Assembly: GCA_965233585.1 (NCBI GenBank)
Contig: CBDDTI010000081.1
Span: 1 to 12,113 of the forward strand
Direction: 5' to 3'
DNA: 12,113 bases
Source of the DNA: a bacterium
GTDB lineage: Bacteria > SAR324 > NAC60-12
In this document: piece by piece, positions 1-7,847 of the stretch
Layout of the letters: each line of letters begins with the position of its first letter
How positions within the stretch are numbered: the first letter of the stretch is position 1
Translations under genes and position numbers: made by a program
Notes under the pieces: model-generated
Told to the model about the DNA's origin: nothing
What the model saw: only the letters and a program-made list of their open reading frames with translations
Databases searched by the model: none

Positions 1-401
1 TGGGAGAGCACTGCACCGGCATCGCAGAGGTCGTGGGTTCGAATCCCGCTCAGAGCCTGAAAATTTTTTCAGGTCTCTGTTCAAGTAGTGTTACGGCCGC
101 ACTTGCATTAATAACCGTTATCACTCAATTGCTACTATGGGACAAATTACTTTCATCTTTACTGTACTTGGGCCAAGTCTAAACGTCCCCCTATAAAGGG
201 CTAACTCACATACGACCGCTCTCATGTGGCTTTGATAGCTCAGTTGGGAGAGCACTGCACCGGCATCGCAGAGGTCGTGGGTTCGAATCCCGCTCAGAGC
301 CTGAAAATTTTTTCAGGTCTCTGTTCAAGTAGTGTTACGGCCGCACTTGCATTAATAACCGTTATCACTCAATTGCTACTATGGGACAAATTACTTTCAT
401 C
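1..401 (+). repeat. Tandem tRNA-derived repeat, period 244 bp (at least 1.6 copies; may extend upstream of the window)
   Basis: 1-157 is identical to 245-401; each unit has a tRNA-like head followed by a CCTGAAAA/TTTTCAGG hairpin with a T6 run. Confidence 0.9.
228..301 (+). pseudogene. tRNA-like cloverleaf (SINE-type head; nominal anticodon GGC), probably not a functional tRNA
   Basis: Acceptor GGCTTTGA/TCAGAGCC, D arm GCTC/GAGC, anticodon arm CTGCA/CGCAG with loop CCGGCAT, T arm GTGGG-TTCGAAT-CCCGC; A box TAGCTCAGTTGG, B box GGTTCGAATCC; C33 instead of U33 and an 8-bp acceptor stem. Confidence 0.75.
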
Positions 402-448
402 GTTTTTTAGTATCATTTTGTATTGTGTTTTTTTCTGTCCTTTGGCAG

Positions 449-571
449 GCTTCATCATTAGTTTATTATTTACTGCTTTATGCTGAGGATAACACAACAC
501 AGCACATGGAAATATTACTACAAGGGCTGTACAAGTCCAGCCAAGATGAAAATGAACAAGTTGTAAAACAG
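449..571 (+). CDS. DNAAF5: DNAAF5 exon ([41 protein letters not shown])
   Basis: Pyrimidine tract plus ggcag| acceptor; cag|gtaata donor; phase 0/0. Confidence 0.9.
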
Positions 572-3500
572 GTAATAAACTTATATTGGGTTAAACTGAA
601 AATCCTTGCTGTGCCATGTGCAGAGTGACATGTTATTGAAAGATATTCAAAGACAGACAGAACTTTATTTTGGTTGGCACTCCACTTAGCTAAAAGCTAC
701 TTTGCAGGAAGCCCACAAATAAACAGATAAATTACAAAACAAAAGGAAAGATAAAATTTAGCTAAAAAAAAAGTGAAGCCTTGGAGCCAAGACTGGCTCA
801 TAGCTGCCGGTGCTTATTCCGGTTTCTGTAGCATGAAGCGGCTAGAAGTATTCTACTTCCCCTGGATGGGATGCCAGTCCATCGCAGGTCACTTCCTCGC
901 AATTTGTCAGGTTTCCCCAACAATTTGCCGGTACCAATTTTATACACCTGGGTGGAGAGAGGCACTGTGAGAGTAGTGTCTTGCCCAAGAACACAACACA
1001 ATGTCCCCAGCTAGGACTCGAACCCGGATCACTCACTCCGGAGTCGAGCACACTAACCATGAGGCCACCACGCCTCCCAAAAATTTAGCTAACAATCTAA
1101 AAATTAAGAATCCAAGCTACATGACAACATAGTATGTTGCTCCCTGGTTGTGAAATGTTTCAATTACAAGTTTAAATAGCCCATGATCAAAGCCTATCAA
1201 TATACTATAAACCCATTTATCCACTCTCCCTTGCAGAATAGAAATCCTGGGATGTGTAGCTCTGCTACTGATAATTACGGAAGATATTTATTGAGTTTTG
1301 GATAAAATGAGTGAATAAATGAACATGCTGATAATAATGATAATGATGCTGTCCTCTAAAAAGCTGGCAGAGGCAATTTGCAATAAATTGCAGTGGCTAT
1401 GTCTAGAATGTGCTGTGTACTTTTTGAACCCACCTGCTGTATCAAATAACTAGCTTTTGTTTGAATTGAATTTCAAAAGAATTTCAAATCCCCGTTGAAC
1501 TGTGCTACCCCAACATCTCTGCTAAGTACCATATCCTTTGTTGTTTATTTTGAAGGTTGTATCAAGTGCTGAACTAGCTGGTTGTTTTGTTGATCCTGCA
1601 TTATTCTGCAAGATAGCTCTTCCTCACCTCAAGTCAATGGTAGGCAGCTCAGCAACTGCCTGCAGCAGCTGTTTGATGATAATAGCTGCCTTATTAAGAG
1701 GGTGCAATCCACAGCTGCTCAAACCTCATCTCAAGGTACAAGTGTGTTCGATTGTTGCCAGAATGAGTCCTGACAACCTGTCTTGTTCAAGGATTAGGCT
1801 GTTAAGGCTCTCTGGACACATTGTAGACCTATGACACACAGAAAAATGTGTGATCAGCAGGTCTTATGAACTGTCTTATTATCATATGTTACTTTGTTAT
1901 CTGGAAACACTACAAACTGTAACTTTGACATGTATGTAATAGAAAAACATGTTCAACTTCTTGAAGTTGAACCATGTGAAAAGAATGACACATAACATCT
2001 TTGAACTCTTGCTGTACATTTATCTCTGCTACAGGCTGTCTGTGACACAATTGCCCTACCAGACATCTGCTGCACGGAGCATTCGCCATGCCAGCGCTAT
2101 CTCTTGGCAACTGTCTTGGCAATTCTAGACAAGGCTGGTGAAGAGAGCAGTGTACACAGCTTCACTTTGTTCTATGTGGTGATACACGTGATGGCTCTAC
2201 AACCACAGGGGAACCTTGATCAACAGGTACTGTCAGAGAATTCACATTTTACTTTAATCACTGAAGACGATTTTGATACTTTAGTTTTCAATAAGTATGG
2301 GTTATTGACCAAGTGTGAGGTCAAGATGGTTGGATATTGGCCAAGTTCTTTTTTTGCGTGTAATAAACTCGCAAAAAAACTCGCAATAAACTCGCAAAAA
2401 AAGAACGAGGCTAATATTCAGCCATCTTGACCAAACAAACTTGGTCAATAAAGGATTTATTATATGGCTTTTGGTGAAATTTTGCTTGCGGGATACAGTG
2501 GGTAGTCCCGAGCGGGCAAGATGGCTCCATCTTGGCCGCTTGGGTAGCCAATCACAGCGCACGATTTGGTTCATCTTGCCCGCTTGCGGAGCTAGCCATA
2601 TAATAATGCATGTTAATTTAAAATAGTTGATCTTCCAGAGGCGAAAAAGACAAGGATGATTAAGCAGATATCAGAGAATGTTAGTCCTAATGTTGCTTTG
2701 GTTGCAATTTTTCACAAGTTGTTTCTTTTGCGGTATTTTATTGTAACAGGTGAATACTGTGTTAACCAAACTGGCCACAACACAAAGCTTCGATAATATA
2801 AACAGGCTGTATGAAAATCACATCCAAGAATTCCTAAAAAAGCTGAAAGTAAGTTAGCAAAAATGAAATATCTAGTCCTCTCAACCTGTAGAAAAAAAGT
2901 ATCAGTCTAGTATAACTTGAGTTCCTTTTTAGTACTAACAAAGGGAAGCCACAGAACACTATGTATACATTACATTCGTTTGATTCAACCTTTGTTGTAA
3001 TCAACGGAAGCTTCAAATGCATATTATTGTGCTACAACACCTTTCATTTCTGTGTTGTAATAAAGAGTAATAATATTGTAATAAAATCACATAATTACCG
3101 GTATGTGGCTATACTCTGCATTTTAAAAACTTTTGTTTTAGGTGAACTACACCTCTTGGACCCACCACTCTCCAGAGTGTCGACTGTTTGATGTTTTGTT
3201 AACAGAATCTGGACCAGTTGTTGGTCAGCAACTTGGGGATGCCATGGATATCTTCACAGAGAATTTAGACAGTCAGAAAAAAGATCCTGAACTAAGACTT
3301 AGGTAAGAGATGACTCGAGCACTGTAGTTGTTGTACTTGCATATCAGTTAGAGATGTACATGTACACATGTAATCACAGACAAAATTTTGCTATATTTCA
3401 TAAACTCCTGAAGACCACAGACTGGAAATTGTCTTTTTTTAATATCCCTTTTTTGTGCAACCATTATGCATTTCATCAACCTCATGGGTTGACAATAGAG

Positions 3501-6500
3501 CTTTCATTTGTTTGGTTTGTAATGAAAAATATTGCTGCCTTGCTCATTGGTGAATACATCCAACAAATATTAGGAAGCTTAAGCACACCACAACGGCGAT
3601 GGCAATGAAAATGCCACGAAACAAAAGGTTTAACAGGCATAACAATGGTTGTGGATGTGCGTTATAAATCTTTGTAGATTTTCCAGCCGTTCTCTGCAAA
3701 TGGACAGCATGAAATATTTGTATTTTGAAGAAAGTAGCGGTAGACTTTGACGGCAAATTTTTTGCATTTGGTTTTTGGAATTGATTGCTGGCATTACATG
3801 TTTAGCTTTGGTAGTCATTGCTTAAGCTCCCTATTAATGCTTGCGTCCTTCCAATTGTAGGATGTTTTCATTGCTCTCTCGTCTTCTTATGAGTGCTCCC
3901 CAGTCAGTGGACTTGGAGAAAGCATTCAGCTCATATTCAGTGCATGTAGTGCAGAAACTCATCATCCCTAACTGTGTTTGGCAAGCAGGAAGGTAGGTAC
4001 ACTGCCTTGGTCGTGATGTTTATGTCTGACTAACGTTTGCCTTGTAATACATGTAGTTTTGGTAAGAACAGTTTTACCTGAAAAGTATCTTTATCATCGA
4101 CCTCATTGTCACCATTGTCCTCACCCTGATCATAATGAACATCCTCATGGTCAACATTTCACTTTAATTCTGATTGCTCTTAAATGGAACTCACTGAGGT
4201 TAAAGAAATGGGATTTACTGTTGAGGCAATAGGGAATAATAACAGTTTGAATTCATGGTTGTTTTTAGGACTGCTGCTGCTGTCCGTTCTGCAGCTATCT
4301 CCTGTCTTTGGGCATTACTGCAGTCAAACTTGCTGTCTTCTAGAGACGCTGGATTGGTAATGAAAGATCTTCTAACTCAGGTATGTGCAGTAAACAAATA
4401 TTAAATAAATAACTCTTAATGCAGTTACATGTACTGGTACACATAAAAATAATCAAGATCCTCCTGTAGAACACTGTTAAACATGGCCTATGACCATCTC
4501 ACTCAATTACTACATGTAGCTGTCACAAATGGCTCTGCCTCTAGTACACAGTCCCATGACTGTAATTCAGAATAGCTGATAATGATAACAATACTATTCC
4601 AGCTTTGTTCAATGATTATTATGTCACTTAACAGCCATTGGGATTAGTGGCGTGATAATCCTTGATTATTAATAAAAGTAAACAACACATATGTCTCAAT
4701 ATCTTGTTAAAGCACTTCCTTTCTTCTGTTGCAGCTTACAACTTGCCTTGAAGACCACAACCAAACCACAAGACTTGTATCATGTAAAGCTCTGCAGAGA
4801 TTACTGCTGTCCTGCAAAGATAGTTTTACATGTAATGCTTTCCTTTGGGTTGGGATAATAAGAAGGCTGATGAAGCTGATCGTGAATTTACAGCAAAGTT
4901 GTATTCATTCGTCATTTTCTTTAATAAAAAAAATTAATATATTGTGTTGCATTTTCAGTGGATATGCTTCATCAAATTTACCCAGAGTTGCTGAAGAGAA
5001 TGGATGATAGTAGTGATGAGATACGGATTGTTGTCACTAGAACATTTCTTGCTTATTTCAAGTGAGTGCTGGGCATCATTTTAAATGAAGTTTGCATATT
5101 ATTGCAAGTTAATGAGTGTGTATAAACAAATTAAAAGTTGTCCTTTAATTTGCACATACAAGTGGTGAAAATGTGAATCACATATTATGTGTTGAGATAT
5201 TGTTTTCATGTCTCTCATGCCCTATGAATGTCATTCAGTATCAAGAATTTAGGATTAGAGAACTAGCATTTAGCTTGGAAATGGCTCAATTTGTCAAATG
5301 GTAATCCTGTATAAATATGTTTGAATTATGATGATGATGATAATGATTAACGCCCAAGTCGCTATTGGAGGGTAGGTGCCCAAGAAACCCGGGGGCTGCA
5401 ACCGCAATCACGACCCCAAGGCACTAGAACACCCGACTGGCCTGCCCAACCCACAACCAAGCCACGAGCCCCCCGTGCCAAGCCCCCCTCAGGCACCTGT
5501 CACACTCGAGCCAGATGGCTCAGTGGAAAGAAAATTATTATTTTTTTTTTAGGGGGGGGGGATAGGGAGGGAACACCGAGAACCGCTAAACTACCACAAC
5601 TACTAAAACCCGCAAACGCCACACTAACAGAGTAATGAACACGCTGCGAGCACATGGGATGACAACGCATGAACTAACCCAGAATACCGCAGGACAAAGT
5701 CGGCCCCGGGACTCCCACTGCCATATGACTGCTGCAAACGCTATGGACTACACCAACGCTAAACAAACGCCGATACACAGCCAGAACATTGGCCAACCCT
5801 TACAAAGAACGCCACTGACCAGACTACCTCCTGGCCACAACTCTGTACATGCACAGACTATATAACAAATGCTACATAATGCATTAAACGCTAGCAGATG
5901 GCAAAAGCACTAACACCACCTGCAAACAAGATAAGCTCCTAGTCGTTAACTATGTTAAATTTCATTTAACTATATTTAAAAAAAGGGTAACTTAGTCCTG
6001 AAAAAGGACATTTGTCAATGATTAATGTTTTGATAACTTTTGGTCAAGCTAACAAACTACTCAGTTACCGATGACAAGGTCCTTTTTATGATTCTCATCA
6101 AGATGGCCACACAAGCCTGATTACTAATTGAGTCAAAGGTATTTCTGGCTTCAAATCACTTCAAGTTGGAGCTCATGTTTGTGGCCATCCTACCCACTGT
6201 TTTTGTTTGTTTTTCATGATAGAAGTTTCTTTAAGCGCCATAGTAAGCTATAGCATTTTTTGTTTTTCCCTCAGAGCCTTCCCATCAGGGTATGACAGTG
6301 ATTTGTACAAGTTACATCTGCAAGCCATGTTCAAGGGTCTTCTTGTTCACCTTGATGACCCATCGGCTTCCATACAGGTAGGATTTTAATGAGGGTCCAT
6401 TATATTCTCACTGGTGCTAACGGGCAGTTTAAGCCAATTTTGAGTGCTAGTTTGCAGAGACATTCACATTTATCACAGAGTTGTGGGAAATCATAAATTT

Positions 6501-7007
6501 AGCACAAGATTTTGGTTTTGCATGTTTTTTTTTTGTTGCAGTCTGGTAAAGGTGACATAAATTTCAATAATCAATTCCAAGCCCACTGCCTTCTCTCCCC
6601 CCCCCCCCCCCCCCCTCAAGTGGCAATAAAAGTTGTCCTTGGTATGCCAGGACTTTTACTAAATCTCTTAAAGTGTTGACCTACTTCAGTTCACATGGGC
6701 ACTAAAGAGGCCAAAGTTAGCATTCTTACCAGAACTTTTGTTCCATGTACACATAATTTACTCCACAGGAAGCTGTGCTAAATGTGTTAAAAGAAGCTGC
6801 ACATATACAACCTCTGCTTCTTAAAGAACAACTTGACATTGTTAGACACAAACACAGAGTGACCAGGTATTTTAAAAAATTAATGACTGTACAATTCTGT
6901 CTTGTTGTTGATGTTGTTTTCATAGATTAAAGTTAATCCCTTTTTGTTTCAACTCTAGGTATTGTGAGGAGCTTCTAACCCACTGTGAAACCCTGACTGC
7001 AAAGTAA
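449..7007 (+). CDS. DNAAF5: Dynein axonemal assembly factor 5 (HEAT-repeat protein HEATR2), C-terminal 12 coding exons: join(449..571,1556..1735,2035..2226,2750..2848,3142..3302,3861..3992,4269..4380,4735..4831,4959..5061,6275..6377,6769..6866,6959..7007); 5'-partial
   Basis: All introns are GT-AG with compatible phases, giving 1449 nt = 482 aa + TAA. Motifs match vertebrate DNAAF5 as recalled: [106 protein letters not shown]. Confidence 0.95.
766..1079 (-). mobile_element. tRNA-derived SINE (about 314 bp) with 13-bp target-site duplication
   Basis: Minus-strand A box TGGCCTCATGG (1067-1057) and B box GGTTCGAGTCC (1024-1014); CORE-like segment TGTGTTCTTGGGCAAGACACT; T-rich tail; TSD AAAATTTAGCTAA at 753-765 and 1080-1092. 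Confidence 0.9.
1556..1735 (+). CDS. DNAAF5: DNAAF5 exon ([14 protein letters not shown]...RGCNPQLLKPHLK)
   Basis: ttttgaag| acceptor; aag|gtacaa donor; phase 0/0. Confidence 0.92.
2035..2226 (+). CDS. DNAAF5: DNAAF5 exon (AVCDTIALPDICCTEH...MALQPQGNLDQQ)
   Basis: ctacag| acceptor; cag|gtactg donor; phase 0/0. Confidence 0.9.
2290..2606. mobile_element. Non-autonomous 'double-hairpin' element, unclassified
   Basis: Imperfect foldback 2302-2451, followed by a module bounded by the perfect 13-bp IR TTATTATATGGCT (2457-2469) / AGCCATATAATAA (2594-2606). Confidence 0.75.
2750..2848 (+). CDS. DNAAF5: DNAAF5 exon (VNTVLTKLATTQSFDNINRLYENHIQEFLKKLK)
   Basis: taacag| acceptor; aaa|gtaagt donor; phase 0/0. 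Confidence 0.88.
3142..3302 (+). CDS. DNAAF5: DNAAF5 exon (VNYTSWTHHSPECRLFDVLL...KDPELRL)
   Basis: tgttttag| acceptor; ag|gtaaga donor; phase 0/2. Confidence 0.92.
3572..3832. mobile_element. MITE (261 bp), possibly PIF/Harbinger-related
   Basis: TIRs AGGAAGCTTAAGCA / TGCTTAAGCTCCCT (13/14 match); ATT on both flanks (3569-3571, 3833-3835), although a TA-flank reading is also possible. Confidence 0.75.
3861..3992 (+). CDS. DNAAF5: DNAAF5 exon (MFSLLSRLL...[10 protein letters not shown])
   Basis: ttgtag| acceptor; ag|gtaggt donor; phase 2/2. Confidence 0.92.
4269..4380 (+). CDS. DNAAF5: DNAAF5 exon ([19 protein letters not shown]...DLLTQ)
   Basis: tttttag| acceptor; cag|gtatgt donor; phase 2/0. 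Confidence 0.93.
4735..4831 (+). CDS. DNAAF5: DNAAF5 exon (LTTCLEDHNQTTRLVSCKALQRLLLSCKDSFT)
   Basis: ttgcag| acceptor; t|gtaatg donor; phase 0/1. Confidence 0.9.
4959..5061 (+). CDS. DNAAF5: DNAAF5 exon ([34 protein letters not shown])
   Basis: ttttcag| acceptor; aa|gtgagt donor; phase 1/2. Confidence 0.93.
5350..5940. repeat. GC-richer, strand-skewed insertion; probable non-coding retroelement fragment
   Basis: Abrupt composition shift (C/A-rich on +, many CpG) inside an AT-rich intron; abuts a (GAT)n microsatellite at about 5328-5348; right boundary approximate. Confidence 0.5.
6275..6377 (+). CDS. DNAAF5: DNAAF5 exon ([34 protein letters not shown])
   Basis: tccctcag| acceptor; cag|gtagga donor; phase 2/0. 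Confidence 0.92.
6597..6615. repeat. Poly-C run (19 C)
   Basis: Read directly from the sequence. Confidence 0.9.
6769..6866 (+). CDS. DNAAF5: DNAAF5 exon (EAVLNVLKEAAHIQPLLLKEQLDIVRHKHRVT)
   Basis: ccacag| acceptor; ag|gtattt donor; phase 0/2. Confidence 0.92.
6959..7007 (+). CDS. DNAAF5: DNAAF5 last coding exon (YCEELLTHCETLTAK*)
   Basis: ctctag| acceptor; TAA at 7005-7007; resembles the YCEQLL C-terminus of vertebrate DNAAF5. Confidence 0.9.
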
Positions 7008-7235
7008 TGTTCACTTAATCAGCTCCCAGAAAGATTTGTGAAGTACTCAAGAAAGTAAAAACAAAATGTATTGAGTGTACTTCAGGATTGTAAGCAATTG
7101 ACAAAGGTTTGTGTGGAAAGAGTGATGTGTACAGGAATCATGGCTGGAATTCTTTATGCTTCATTGGTTTTGCCAAGGAATGCCTTATGATCAACAAAAG
7201 ATTAAGACATACACAATATGACAGATAAATTCTTC

Positions 7236-7241
7236 TTTATT
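7236..7241 (-). terminator. Putative polyadenylation signal of PPIL3
   Basis: TTTATT on +; the only canonical minus-strand AATAAA I found between the two stop codons. Confidence 0.6.
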
Positions 7242-7251
7242 ACATCAAAAT

Positions 7252-7257
7252 AATAAA
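7252..7257 (+). terminator. Putative polyadenylation signal of DNAAF5
   Basis: First AATAAA after the stop at 7007 (a second lies at 7560-7565). Confidence 0.6.
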
Positions 7258-7711
7258 GAGTGTCATCCACAAGAGAAAATGCTGGATCTCATTTTCATGA
7301 ACAGTGTACATCTGTTTTGTTTTTTAAACTCTGCCACTGTACCTGGACAGAACCATTGAAATGAATGCGAGACAGACCTGCAGCAACATTTTAGTGTCTT
7401 TTAAACTCCACAAATTATCAAAGGGTCAAGCTTGTGGCATTATCGAAGTAAGGGATTCATCAGACTGGCTGAAAAGTTGAACATTTTTCAGGATGTACAT
7501 GTAACAACCATTGTATATACTGTTTCCATTAGTTTTATATGATAAAGGAGTGACTTCAAAATAAATTATTTGGACCTCAAACACTGTTGACTGTTCAGAT
7601 TCTTGCATTTTCAAGCATGAAGCAGAGACTGGTTTTGAGAATGTTGCTAATCTCCTTACACAGAAGTGCTTATGAGTTGTACTCAGGTAAACCCTAAAAT
7701 TCTGCTTAAAG

Positions 7712-7847
7712 TCAACTACTTTGATCTGCTATAGGGTTTGCATGGATAGTCACGCTCTTGATTCGCACTTCAGTAAGTGGTCTAAATGTTTTCTCATTCA
7801 CTGGCAGTTTTTCTAAATCGTCTAATGTTTCTAAGCCATCAATCACC
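7712..7847 (-). CDS. PPIL3: PPIL3 last coding exon ([13 protein letters not shown]...[10 protein letters not shown])
   Basis: cttttcag| acceptor on minus strand; TGA at 7714-7712. Confidence 0.94.

Noticed and set aside
228..301. Functional tRNA-Ala(GGC) gene
   Set aside because: It has C33 instead of U33, a G34 Ala anticodon atypical for eukaryotes, an 8-bp acceptor stem and an A-C mismatch in the anticodon stem, and it is embedded in a tandem repeat.
158..401. Hammerhead retrozyme explanation for the 244-bp tandem unit
   Set aside because: I found no CTGANGA...GAAA hammerhead core on either strand by eye.
773..1060. Overlapping short ORFs of 65-72 aa
   Set aside because: They lie within the SINE and have no recognisable protein motif; the same applies to ORFs in the 2302-2626, 3544-3818, 5635-5865 and 9567-9941 repeats.
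1531..1538. ATATCCTT, resembling a U12-type AT-AC donor
   Set aside because: It lies in the pyrimidine tract 25 nt before a normal AG acceptor, and the GT-AG gene model is complete without it.
4090..4160. Degenerate (ATC/GTC/CTC)n trinucleotide tract; also (CAA)n near 9370-9388
   Set aside because: Ordinary decayed intronic microsatellites.
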